Part shown: one piece after another, positions 38,190 to 54,110 of the stretch
Numbering within the stretch: the stretch's first letter is position 1
How the letters are laid out: each line of letters begins with the position of its first letter
Assembly (NCBI RefSeq): GCF_006345805.1
Contig: NC_042998.1
Coordinates: forward strand, 121,830,001 to 121,894,000
Origin: Octopus sinensis
Lineage: Eukaryota
Direction: 5' to 3'
Length of the DNA: 64,000 nt
The notes under the pieces: model-generated
The model's database searches: none
What the model was told of the DNA's origin: nothing
The model's input: only the letters and a program-made list of their open reading frames with translations
Position numbers and translations under genes: made by a program

Positions 38190-38922
38190 TCTCTATAAAT
38201 GTAAAACTATTCACAACCTTGGACTGATTTTTTTTATCTACTTCTGTTAACTTGTATATATATATATATATATATGTATACACACACACTTATATATACA
38301 CACATACTTATACACACATGTATACATACAGAAATGTAGATATTGGTTGGAACAAACGAAATGACTTCTTTCTCTATAAAAATAACAGCTGTAGTTACTT
38401 TTAAGTTATATGTCAGTTGTACTGTTATAAAAAGCCATTTTAAGTGATGTATCAGTCAACATGCTCCTCCTTCATAGATGTCTGGGCAGCAGGTTGCTCA
38501 GTTTTTTATGCATATAGCCAATGTTATGCAGTAATAGAGGAGGGTCAAAGTTGTTTGGCTAAAAATTTTGCAACATGGTAAGCTGTTCATTTATTGGTTG
38601 TTCCTTTTTAGTGCAAAGAAAGAATCCTCATACAAGGAGTCCATTTTATTTAATTTTTCATGAGCGAAGTTTAAGCTTAATGTAATGAAGTTGTATCATA
38701 TAATCTTTATATATTTAATTTGATTTGTTTTCCTCTTGTCATACAAAAGCTGCCATTTTCATTAAATTGAATCTCTTCAGTACAAAGAAATTCATTAACT
38801 TCAATCTCTTCAGTACAATGTAATTAAGGGTGTATTAATTACATTACATTATTTACATTAAAGAAGGAAGATATTTGACGGAAGCATTTCACTAGGGAGA
38901 AATAATTTTTGTTCATAGGTTT

Positions 38923-39086
38923 ACACACACACACACATGCACACACACACACATGCACACACACACACACACACACATGCACACACACACACATGCACAC
39001 ACACACAACATGCACACACACACACATGCACACACACATGCACACACACACACATGCACACACACATGCACACACACACACACACA
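38923..39086. repeat. (CA)n / CACATG compound microsatellite
   Basis: Direct sequence. Confidence 0.9.
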
Positions 39087-39309
39087 GATTATGACTTTTG
39101 TTATTATGCTAGTTAAGGATCTCAACTATCAAAAGCTGAATAATTGCAGTATGTTTCTATTTAAAAATTGAGAATGACATTTAACGGCAAAGTATTCAAT
39201 ATACAAAGTATAATGGATGTATTTATTTATCAAAATAATAATAGCTCATATTATTATAATGGTCAAAGCACTCACCTAACAGGAGCTTAATAAGTGTTGT
39301 AATGTAAAT

Positions 39310-39364
<55 letters not shown>

Positions 39365-40739
39365 TTCCACTTACCAAGTAAGGTATTGATCAAGTGGTGG
39401 ATCCCTGTCATGATTTGATGATGAATGTATGTAATGAGAATTTTGAGTGGGTTTTGATAGTCAGTTCTAGTTGTCAATCAATGGAACGGCTTACAAATTA
39501 CTGTGGATGTTTGATGTTGTGTGACAATGCTGGTTGTTTGCATTACAAATATTCATCATATGATGGACATCCACACAATTTCTGTCTTCTCAGTTTGGTC
39601 CTGAACACTTGTATTGAACAGAAACTTTGATATAAGACACATGGTTCTGCAGAGAGGGACTGAACTAGGGACCTTGTAATTGCAAAGCAAACTTTTTAAC
39701 TATTTGAAAATGATGATGGGTTGATGCATCTCTCTCTCTCTCTCAAACACACACGCACATGAGGCTGTATGTAATAAGAACCAGTTCCAGTTTTAGGGTT
39801 AAATAAAATGATTTAAGACTCTTGATTTGTATTCTCTAGGCTCAAAGGTGGATGAAATCAGTATTTCAACTTAACTAACCATTTAGTACTTTCATCACAT
39901 TCAATAATGAGTTATACCTTTACAGAGTATATTTATAGCCAAACCAACATAGAAGCCTGGTTGCAACCCCCTGACCTGCTAGAAATATCAGTTAAATTTC
40001 CCTCAAATTTCACACTACCATCTTAAAAAAAGGAAAGAAGACTACACAGAATTATGTAGTCCTCATATATAGGAGCCTCTGTTTGTCAGGATTAACCATG
40101 CATCAGTACACACAGGCAGGCCTAGGCAAGATTGTTCTTTGGAAGAATTGTAGTTGCCTATGCATGCCACACCATCGATGCTGTTCAAAGGTAAGGCTGC
40201 TGCTTTAGAGTTGATACAGCTTGACACCAGTGCCATTGCAGACATTGCTGTGAAAGTGCAGAAGGCGAGAACAGACGAACTAAAGTATCTTGCCTAACCC
40301 ACTAACAGTTCTTGCCAAGCCATCACCTAAGATTGGTACTTTATTATCAATTTGAAAGAATGAAAGACAAGATTGACCTCAGCAGGATTTGAACTCAGAG
40401 CAAAAAGTGTCATAAAATACTGTGAGTCATTCAATCCAGTGCTTTAACAACTCTGCCATTTCTTCACTTCTGTAATCCTAGGTACCTAATCCTAAATTCC
40501 CTGGTAAAAGACAAGATTATCACAACTGGAACAACTTTGATTAGAGGTCTGTTTGATGAACATTGACCTGGGGCTAAACAAAACAACACCCTATTTATAG
40601 CTAAGTGGTCTGAGCCAGTGATAGTTAAGTGTCTTGGTTATACATATAATGCAATGGCAGTGATATATACAAAAGAAAAAAACCCATAAAAAAAACAGCT
40701 ATTAAACTTTTTTGGCCTGTAGCCTGGCATCCTATCAAC

Positions 40740-41460
40740 CTGACCAACCGTATGGCATTAACACACACAGAAATACAAAGATGCATAAAATAAACACAGT
40801 CACACACAAACATACATACAAATACAGAGATGCATTAAAACAGTCAGACACACACACAGACAGATACACAGACATACACACACCTACATGCATACATAGA
40901 TAAATACAGATACACAGATATATAAACAGTTTCATGCCCCACCCCATGTATACAAATACAGAATTGCACAAAACAACTTCACATGTACACGCATAAATGC
41001 ACACAAACAAACGCACTTATACAGTTGTATACATACAGAAATATAGATGTGTGCAAATGGCTATACAAACACAAATAGTCACATGCAGAAATACAGATGC
41101 ACATACATGAATGCTGAACCTCACAATCACAGTCATACATAAAAATATAAACACCAACACACACATAAATATACAGGGAATCAGATACACATTCACACAG
41201 TCCCACACATTCACACATGCAAATAGAGATGTGCAAACAGTCTCACACAGTTACATACACATGCACAAATACAGAGCAATATAAACATAAACCCAAACAT
41301 ATATAGACTCACAAAAATAGCTACACGCTCACATACATACTCAAAAACAGTCACACATACAGATTCAGATATTCAGCAGCCACACACACACACACACACA
41401 CGCACACACACACAGAGGCACATAAACAATCATACACACTAAAACAGAGACCCTCCCCCA
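40740..41460. repeat. Cryptic ACAC/ATAC-rich low-complexity tract
   Basis: Strand-biased A/C-rich sequence with a degenerate dinucleotide period. Confidence 0.7.
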
Positions 41461-41767
41461 CACACTCTTCCATCACATTCAGACACACAAGCACACATGC
41501 ATTCACAGACTAATTCTCTAAAACAGTGGCTGTATCAAAGTATACAGAACATTATTTTCTACTCCCAGATTCCACTCCTTCCATCCCTCCCTTCTTTTCT
41601 CTCTTTATTAGCTTACAGTACTTGCTCCCTGGCTCTCTCTTCCCCACTCTATCCCCTATTTTTTCTGATCATCCCACCCATTCAAAATGGAATATGATTT
41701 ATTTTAAATACATTATCTAACATAATATACTACTTATGAAGAGAATATGTGTGTGTGTGAGTGTGCA

Positions 41768-41866
<99 letters not shown>

Positions 41867-41939
41867 TATATATACACACACACACACACATAAAGGGAGA
41901 GAGAGAGGAGGAAGAACAATAAACACATACATAAATACA

Positions 41940-41981
<42 letters not shown>

Positions 41982-43498
41982 GCATTAAAAGAGATATGAA
42001 AATATTCTGTAAAGCTCAAAGAACTTAAATTCACATTTATTTCTTTGAGAGATTACATTTAAATAAAAAAATATAAAAAATACGACAGCAGGAAAAAAAA
42101 AAACAAAATAGAATAGTTGTAGATTTAATTGTTTGAAAATTCCAATGCAAGCAATTGATTATATATACATACATATAGATATATGTATGTGCGTGTGTGT
42201 ATATATATATATATATCTGTGTGTGTGTGTATGTCTGTATATATACATATGTGTGTGTGTATGTATGTATATATATATATATATATATATATACATAAAG
42301 AAAGGAAAAAGCTTAAAAAATACAACCTAAGAAAAATGATATAAAAAAATTTGAACCCCCCCCCAAAAAAAAAAACCCAGATAAATACTTTTGTATATAT
42401 TGAAGTAGATTTAGTAGTAAAATATCACTCAGAAGGAAATACAGTTTTTTAAACCCAAAAGATTAAGGATGTTATTTCATTTTTTATTTTTTGCTTTTTT
42501 CAGTTTATTCATTTATTTATTTATTAATTTTTTTGATTTGTGCTCTAAGACTTGCATAACACCTACACAATATGCTATCTCAATTGAAAATGTTTTCTGT
42601 ACAAAGTGTCTTTCACTTTTCTCTGTAAAACCTCGAAATGATATTATTTTGTAATGTTTGAATTACATGATGTTGTTGCAAAAGGTTAAAGATTGAATAA
42701 GAAATTCAAAGTTAAAAAACAAACAAAAACAAATCAAAACACATACACGTGCACACATACACATACAATCAGATGCACAACAAAGACACAACAGAAATCC
42801 AAAATAAAATAGAACTTACAATTACAAAAGAGAATTCTGAAGAAAAATAATTATACATAAATAATTTTCTTTTATTTCCCTTTCCTTTTATGTTTCAAAT
42901 GAAAGAAAAAGTGGAACTACATTAAGGTAGAGGAAATACAAAAGAAGAGAGCAGAGAATGAATGAAAGACACAGCAACCAAACCAACAAAAAATATAAAA
43001 ATCTCAAATGATTTTGCAAAATATATATATATAAAAAAAGTATCTAATTCTTGAAAACTCTTCAGTTCTCCTAGAAAATAATTTTTGGCTCTCAGTGATG
43101 CCGGTCATGACTTAATAACACTAATATATAGAGGGGTTTGGTATAGCTGCTAGTCTTGGATGAAATACTTTTCACCATATATTGCAACACTTTGCATTCA
43201 AAGTCCAAATCTTGCTGAGGTCAACTAAGCTTTTCAGTCTTCTAGGGTCAATAAAATACCAATGTAGCATGATGGACTGGCAGAATTGTTAAGAGCATGG
43301 GACAGATCCTTGAGTTGGTATATTTTTCCCATTTCCTCCATAGATGTATAATGATCACAGTAGATGTAGTTACATTGGAAGTGAGTAAAAAGGCAATAAA
43401 TCTTTGTTGCAATGGGGGATTTTGTAGAGCGAAGTGGTGAACATTTTGGATGGAGGCAGAAAAGATGGATGTATTAGTCAGATGGAATAGAAAACATT

Positions 43499-43536
<38 letters not shown>

Positions 43537-45234
43537 TGTCTATGTCTCTGAATGTATGTCTGTGTGTGTATGAGATAGGGAAACTGAAAATGTGAAATTC
43601 AGAAGGAATATAATAACTGTAAATTGGGGTCAGGTGTACCTGTTTGGGTGACAAGAAAGGCCTGTAATCTAAGGTAGTGATTTGGTACAACTTGTAAACT
43701 GTTAGGCTAATAATATTTAGTTTAATCTCCCAAAATTCTGAGTTCAAATCCTGTTAGAATTAACTTTTTGTTTCATGCCATCAAGTCTTTTATTATTTTC
43801 TTTATTTGTTGAGACTGAAAGAAGAGACAGTGCTCATTAGTACTGAAGATTTGAAGATTGATATGGTTGATTCCGTCAATATTCCAATTAAATTGCTGTA
43901 GGTGAACATTGGGAGGAAAGACAAGAGCAGGGAAAAAGATTCTAGAGCCACTGACGTTATAGGGAGGAACAACTTGACATAGCTGTTACTGCAGGGCCAG
44001 TGAAGGAGTAGATACAACATGGGTGATGAAAGGTGGAGAGACATGTAGGTCATTTGATAATATATACATCAGTAGTTTGTGGGTATGATTTTAAGTTACT
44101 CCAACTCCCCAAATAACTGATGGGCTGATGCCTAAGTCAGGAACTGATATTGTACATACTGTGAAAATAATCCTAACAGGAATGTAACCAAAACTTAGCC
44201 TTTTCCCACAACACACCACAATGCACCTTTGTTCTAAAGCTGACTAGGAATCTAACCAAACACTTCATTCATCTAAAATAGTAAATTAAATGATTAATAT
44301 TAATGAAAATGTAATTTACAAGAAAAACAACCACAGCAAAAAAAAAAAAGAAAAAAAAGAAAGAAAGAAAAAAGATTAGTAATGAGAATTTTAAAAGAAC
44401 ACACTCTGGGATTGACAGGTCATTTATTAAGAAACATAATGAGATTCTTTAGAAAATCAAAACTATCCAAGCTTTCCCGCAGAATATGCATGATTAGTTC
44501 AAAGAATGTCTCCTGTTCTTTGAATTTTAACAAAAGAAATATTTTAGAAGCTATTTTCACAAATACCACCCTTACTTGCAACACCACAATCACCACCAAC
44601 CAACTATCCAACCAATCAACCAGCACCAGCACCAGCACCACTACTACTGCTACCATTGGCACTGCTGTTGTCATCATCCTCACCACCATGACCAACAACA
44701 ACATAACTGCCATTACCACCTCCTTTACTATCACTGCTACTCCTGTTTTTACTTTGCCATCATGGAAGTGGACATCATCATTTATCAGCATGTGAAACTT
44801 CCCAGCATTCAAATATGACATAACATTTAATTAAAAAGTTTGAAAAATCTCAAAATTGAAAGAAGGAGGAAAAAAGAAAAATCTCTCCACACACACACAC
44901 ACCAATCACCATATTCAATATGCATTAAATTTTTTTTTAAATTAAAATATTTCTCAAATAATAATAGTAAAGTTTTAATAGGAAAGTTTACTAAAAGCAA
45001 ACCAGTGCAAAAAATAAATAAATCAAGTAGTAACAACCAAACAAATGAAAAAGAAAAGAAAAGAAAACAAAATGAAACCACCTTACCCACCAGGCACCAA
45101 TGGTGTTAGTCAATGTGTCGCAGAAAAGATGTGTTACCCAGGCATTGAGAAACACTTAATTGCAGACCATTGTAGATTATGTGAGCCAAGAGAAATAGCG
45201 GTGAAAATAATAAGAAAGCTGTAGCTTTTCTTAT

Positions 45235-45554
45235 ATCAATTTGGAGAATTGGTACAGCATTAGTACCAACTACACTGCACCAGGTAGTTACATCTCTTTA
45301 TGTCATGAATTCAGATACTGTCAATGTAAACTTTGCCTTCCATCTCTATGGGGGTCAATAAAATAAATTACCAGCGAGTCTTTGGTATTATTATTATTAT
45401 TATCATCATCATCATTATTATTATTCTGCCGAGGTTGACTCTGCCTTTCATCCTTTTAAGGTCGATAAATTAAGTACCAGTGAGACACTGGGGTTGATGT
45501 AATTGACTAGTCCCCTCCCTCAAAATTTCAGGCCTTGTACCTTTAGTAGAAAGA

Positions 45555-45633
<79 letters not shown>

Positions 45634-46075
45634 TGGCAAGATGGTAGAATTGTTAGTATGTTGGGCTAGATGCTTAGTGACATTTCGTCTGTCATTATGT
45701 TCTGAGTTCAAATTCCGTCAAAGTTGACTTTACCATTCATCCTTTCGGGATTGATAAAATGAGTACCAGTTGAACAATGGGGTTGATGCAATCAACTTAC
45801 CCCTTCCTCAGAATTACTAGCCTTGTGCCAAAAAAATCAATATAATTTTTATTATTATTATTAAGGTGGTGAGCTGGCAGAATTGCTATTATGCCAGATA
45901 AAATGCTAAGCAGCATTTCATGTGTTTTTATGTTCTGAGTTCAAATTCCACCAAGGTTGACTTTGCCTTTCATCCTTTCAGGGTCGATAAAATAAGTACC
46001 AGTCAAATACTGGTGTTAATGTAATTGACTAATCTCTCCCTCCAAAATTTCAGGCCTTGCATGTATAATAGAAAA
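45235..46075 (+). mobile_element. Head-to-tail array of four SINE family A copies separated by (ATT)n/(AAT)n
   Basis: Copies at ~45235-45385, 45426-45555, 45632-45835 and 45863-46075, all on the + strand; most are followed by an ATT-rich tail. Confidence 0.8.
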
Positions 46076-46329
46076 AAAAATTATTATTATTATTGAGTGA
46101 AAGAGCAATGCATGCCATCAAAGTGACACTGGGCTACAAATATACAAAGCCCAGTATACACATCATGACTACCTGTCTGATAAGGGTACATCAAGCACAA
46201 GAATCACAACTGTATGTGCACAAAATGATGATTTCATACCAAGATAAATAGCGCATGATCTTGCATGTGGGGCCCAGTTAGAATTTTCTTCAGGCCGAGT
46301 AGCCAATTATTATAATCATAATTATTATT

Positions 46330-46362
<33 letters not shown>

Positions 46363-47010
46363 GTTATTAGGATAATAATGATGATGATTATCATCATCCT
46401 TATTATCTATTTATTAATGCAGTTTTAATGTTATAATGTTACTTGATATAAATCCTTCACTACTTGTTTGTTGTTTTCCTTTGTATTCTGCCTTTGTACT
46501 ATCATGGCCCCTTGTGACCAATAAAAGTAATTATTACTGTGGATTTGGGTGGAGGTGGTATGCAGCTTACTACTTCAGAAGAGAAGAAGCCATTATCTTA
46601 GCCACAGAAATAAGGAGAAGAAACAGAATGTCTGTAAGCCTGTTGTTGGTGAGTGAACCTTTGCCAATCAGCTAGATGCAGTCTAGGATGCTTGTGTACA
46701 GTAGCAAAACTGTATCAGGTATGTTAGCAAAACTCTAATATGTATCATATTTGAGCTCTGTAGGGAACAGGAAACTAGTAAATTGAAGTACTATCTGTTG
46801 CTAAAGAGGATTCCTTGTTTCATATATATATATACAACTAATGTAGGATAAAATTTTTTTCGAAAAAAAAATTTATCAATGGCCAGCATATCAAAAAATA
46901 CCTTTAAAGGTTAAATTTATAAATAACTTACAAAATAAGAGCAAAAGAAAAATTCTAATGCCAAATATGGCATATTTGGCATTAGTATTTTTCTTTTGCC
47001 CTTATTTTGT

Positions 47011-47062
<52 letters not shown>

Positions 47063-48710
47063 ATTAATATTTAGAAGAAGTAACTTGAGATCAAACTTAT
47101 CAAACTTGAGTTTAATCAGTGCCAGTGCATGAAACTCTTGGTCTTGGTCTTTCAGTCACTCTGGTGGTGATGAATGAATGAACATAGGTAACATAGGATA
47201 GAGGGGATTCTTTAGTCCTGCTGAGGCTAGACAACCTCTCTAATGCTGGTGCCATGATAAAATGCATGAAGTATGCTCTAGTAGCTCTAGTAGGTGTTTA
47301 GTGACAGAATGGAGATAACACAGGTGATAGACTCTTCAGTCGTCCTAAAGATAGACAATCCCAATAGTGCTTGTTCCACAATAAGATATACCAAGTTCAT
47401 TCTGTAAAGTAGCTGACAAAAAAAAAAGGCATCTAGTTGTATAAACCATGCCAAAAATGGAACGTGATCCCTTACCTATTTACAAAGTAGTAACTCTGAA
47501 TAAGAACTGACTCAGTTCATGATAACTAGTTCATCCCTGCTAGATGTAAATTTAATGATGATGATAGTGATGAATATGATGTGCGTATGTGTTTAAATAT
47601 ATGTGTGCACTCATGCATGCACGCACACACACACATGTACATACATATATAGAGGTCTTTCATAAGAGATCATTAAAGACTGAGTCCTGGTTTTTGAGGT
47701 TTATAACTGTTTGTTGTTCATACATAAGGGAAAAGTGTAGTACATGACTATTTTCTTGAAATATTTAGTAATTATCCTTTGGAGCTACTGTTGTTAATGA
47801 TGATGACAATACACTGTGTAAGATTCCAGTTACTTCAAATGATGATGATGATGATGATGAAGATGATGATTTGAATGTACTTACAGAAATTGAAAGAAAT
47901 GGTAATAGTGTAATCCTTTAAAATATAGAAAGGTTAAGAGACTGAATTGTAAAAGCTTGTCATAGTTGTTGAATATTTAAAAAAAAAATTCCTGTATTCT
48001 CCTGATAGACACTTGTGTTTCTTAATTTCCCCACTTCAGAGAAAAATTTCTAAAAACATGCTAGAAAATTATCAATTTTAAAAGAAATGAATTAAAAGCA
48101 GACAGTGCATAAAGACAATAAAGGAGACAATTTTCAGGCAAAGTTGGTTCCTATAAAATTGGTATCAAGCTCTCAGAAGACAATGAAAGTCAGAACAGCA
48201 AAGAAACAATCTACTGTGAATATAACATTAAAAAAATCCAACAAAATCCCAAAACAAAAAACAACCCCCCTCCCAAACTATGATGATTATTACAATATCC
48301 TTTATGCCTTTTGTTCTTATAAAGAATATTATAGTTAATGGCTTGACAATAGGCATTGTAGTGGTACCAGTCATGCTTTAGGTTACCATAGAAGCAAAGG
48401 TCAGAAGGTGATAAAAGCACAAGAGATTATCAAACACCACAAATGATATTCTCATAAAAGATGCTGCAATTATTCAGAGTAAATTTTAATGCTTTCATGA
48501 TCAAGTGGTATATATTCAAAGTGTGCTACTAATACACTTTTACACTATTTCTAGCTATTTCAAGTTTTATGCTCCATTTATTATTAACATCAAATACTAT
48601 CACATGTTTAAAACATACAACATTTATTCATACAACAAATTTATCATGTTATAACGGCCACCATTTTCCTTTTCTCTTTTTCATGATCCTACACACACAC
48701 ACACTCACAC

Positions 48711-48754
<44 letters not shown>

Positions 48755-49307
48755 ATCTATATATATACATACATATATATATATGTGTGTGTACACACAC
48801 ACATTGTAATATGAGAATATGAAAATATATACATGTATACATTATACATGGTGCAAGCATTATGCGATAGGGAACTCAATACTTGGGACAGAGTGGAAAT
48901 ATATTTTCTACTTGTTTCAGCCATAAAACTGTGGCCATGCTGGAGCCCTACCTTGAATAGTTCAGTCAAACAGACTGACCACAGTACTTAGGTTTTAAGC
49001 CTGAAAATTATTGTTATTCTTTTTTGCTGAACTGCTAAGTTATGTAGACCTAAATAAACCAGCACTGGCAAATATTATTATTACAAAAAACAAAATAGAG
49101 TAAACACAGACACACAAACATATGCACATGTGCACACACACACATACACACAAGTATTAATGATGGGGCTGTTAAATTATTGAGTCATAAACAACATTTA
49201 CTGGTGGAAGGAGATAATAGTTTTAGCAGAGTCAAATTTATTATACATATTGGTTATTTGGAATTTCAAGTTTTTGTCTCTCGTATTTTATACAGCCAGT
49301 CAGCCCA

Positions 49308-49339
<32 letters not shown>

Positions 49340-49391
49340 GGATAGATAGACACACACACACACACACAATATATATATATTATATATATAT

Positions 49392-49424
<33 letters not shown>

Positions 49425-49539
49425 CTGTCTATCTATCCATATATATATATAGTTTTTTTTCTTTTACTTGTTTCAGTCATTTAACTTCAGCCATGCTGGG
49501 ACACCACCCATACACCCATATATATATATGTGGATATAC

Positions 49540-49574
<35 letters not shown>

Positions 49575-49689
49575 AGAGGTTTTATGGTATATCATTATCA
49601 TAATTTAGTGTCTGTGCTTTTTATATGTGACATCATTACTGACAGAATCAGCAAGTACCTTGCAAGACAAAAAAGGCATGCATTATCAA

Positions 49690-49830
49690 GGTGGTTGTAG
49701 GTATCAATTCTACTTTGGTGGGTAGGCTGTCATTAGTACAACAAGGCGCCATATATCTTGGTCCTTTGTTATCTCTTTCGTAAGTCTCAGTGTCTTGATA
49801 TCGGCATCTTGAGATGTATGTATGTATATA
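49690..49830 (-). mobile_element. RTE LINE extreme 3' coding remnant
   Basis: DIKTLRLTKEITKDQDIWRLVV, homologous to DLRTLGLTKEMSRDRD.W in the 54.1-kb element. Confidence 0.6.
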
Positions 49831-50941
49831 TATATATATATATAAATTAATAAATAAATAAAACATATGCATACATACAAACATATATGTACGTACCTAC
49901 CTCTACATGTATATATACATGCATATATGGGTACGGGACACAAAAAAAAACGTCAAACACAATGAGAAACGAAAACATAAACACAAAACCAAGGAAATGG
50001 ATATTTTTCTTAAACAACAAAACAATAGAGTACAGGACATACAATACAAGGAAAATTCCCCTTCTTCAGTTGCCTTTGTTTCATGTACTCCACATTTCGA
50101 AGGTCAAGGCGATACATGACTTTAATGAAACATTCCTTCCCGCGAAAAGCAAATTGAATAAAATGAGATTTTTTTGGAGGGGTAAAAATAGTAACAAAAA
50201 CAGGACAGTAACGACAGTACAAAATATAAATAGTAAAAGACAGGACAAGGAAAATAACAGTAACACAGACAAGAAGGGCTGTTAAGCCGAATGAAATAAA
50301 ATATTATGAACGCTATTTTTAAGAACGGCGAAGGAGCCACAGAAATGCCGTTTGCATGGGCAGTTTTATCACACACACACACACATCATACAAATCACTG
50401 TCAATATGATCAACTAAAATTCTTCAAGCGGATGCTGCAGCATGGCTACAGTCCAGTGATTGGAAACAATATGATAATACATGCATACACATACATGTAT
50501 GTGTGTGTGTATTTGTTTGTGTGACTATATATGTGTATGTATATACACAAAACAAATACAAAGAAAAAAAAAAATTCCAAGGGACGTTTATAGTGAATAT
50601 TATTAGGTTGATGTTCCAAAATGGAAAAAGCGTCAAAGAGCAAAAGTATGTTTCATACAGAGTCTAATATGTGTGTGTGCGTGTATGTGTGTGTGTGTGG
50701 GTGTGTACGTGCGCACGTGTGTGTGTGTGTGTGTGTTATTTTATTGTTTCTGTCACTGAGCTGTAACCATTGTGTTGAAGGGTTTTTACTTGATTATATT
50801 GACAATGCTTTGTTTGATATTAATTTTATCAACCATGGGATATCAAGCTGACAGAAATGAATATAATAAAGTACTTATAGTTTGACATACTGACTTTTTT
50901 TATTACACACACAAACACTCACACACACACATGTATATGTA

Positions 50942-50978
<37 letters not shown>

Positions 50979-51078
50979 AGAGAGAGATTGTCAATCTGGT
51001 GCTTATGGTAGTTTATAAGTAACAAAGGATACAACACCAAGATCAGAGTGAGCAAGCCAGCAAGCATCTATTCATACC

Positions 51079-51149
<71 letters not shown>

Positions 51150-51150
<1 letters not shown>

Positions 51151-51524
51151 GCACAGGCATGGCTTCCCAACCATATGGTTCTGAGTTCAGCCCCACTGCA
51201 TGACACCTTGTACAAATGTTTTCTCCTATAGCCTTGGGTCAAACAAAGCCTTGTGAGTGGATTTAGTAGATGGAAACTGAAAAGAAGCCTGTCAAACGCA
51301 TATATATGTATCTATGTATGTGTGTTTCTGTTTGCTCCCCCATCCACTACTTGACAACTGGTGTTGGTGTGTTTATGTTCTTATAACCTAGCAGTTTGGC
51401 AAAAGAGATTGACAGAATAAGTACCAGGCTTAAAAAAAAAAGTAGTGGAGTCGATACATTTGACTATAAATTCTTCAAGGTGGTGCCCTAGCATAGCTGT
51501 GGTCTAGTGACTGAAACAAGCAAA

Positions 51525-51527
<3 letters not shown>
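51150..51527 (+). mobile_element. Near full-length SINE family B
   Basis: Same head, core and tail as 31579-31985. Confidence 0.8.
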
Positions 51528-51565
<38 letters not shown>

Positions 51566-51580
51566 CATATTATTTATATA

Positions 51581-53090
<1,510 letters not shown>

Positions 53091-53105
53091 TACATATATA
53101 TATAC

Positions 53106-53190
<85 letters not shown>

Positions 53191-53620
53191 AGTACTAGGC
53201 TCACACACACACACAACACCACACACACACCTGCCCCCCCAATGTCAAAAGAATTATATAAATTAAAGAAAAGAAAGAATGACATTGCATATATCTATAG
53301 CCTTACTGGAGACTAGGAATGGTTATCTAAATATTTTATTTAATATTGTGAGCATTATTTCATTTGTATGAAGCATGATGCTGGAGATAGTACTTTAGAA
53401 CAGGCATTGACATGTCAAGGCATTGACATATCAGTATTAGAACAGTATTTCTAATTAGAATAATTTAATCAGGAAATCCCCCAAGATTGACTGTTAGGAT
53501 CTTATTATTTTACATTAACCACTGCAGCTGCTGTTGTGGTTTCTGTCCCAAATTTTTAAGGAAGTGAAAACTGGTCTCTTTCTTCTCTCTCTTTTATATA
53601 TTATATATATATATATATAT

Positions 53621-53785
53621 ATAGCACCCACTACACTCACGGAGTGGTTGGCGTTAGGAAGGGCATCCAGCTGTAGAAACATTGCCAGATCAGACTGGGC
53701 CTGGTGCAGCCTTCTGGCTTCCCAGACCCCAGTTGAACCGTCCAACCCATGCTAGCATGGAAAGCGGACGCTAAACGATGATGAT
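53621..53785 (+). mobile_element. 5'-truncated RTE 3'-UTR terminus
   Basis: Nearly identical to 56104-56260 (cacccactacactc..ggcgttaggaagggcatccagctgtagaaac..aacccatgctagcatggaaa.cggacgctaaa.gatgatgat). Confidence 0.85.
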
Positions 53786-53831
53786 ATATATATATATATA
53801 TAATATATATAAATAAATAAATATATATATA

Positions 53832-53877
<46 letters not shown>

Positions 53878-53924
53878 TATAAATATATAAATATATATAT
53901 ATAAATAAATATATATATATATAA

Positions 53925-53966
<42 letters not shown>

Positions 53967-54018
53967 TATTATATATGTATATATATATATAATAAATATA
54001 TATATATATAATAAATAA

Positions 54019-54107
<89 letters not shown>

Positions 54108-54110
54108 ATA

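Noticed and set aside
44382-44821. 133-137 aa overlapping ORFs
   Set aside because: They are mostly trinucleotide-like low complexity (ACC/ACT); the unique part resembles no protein I recognise.
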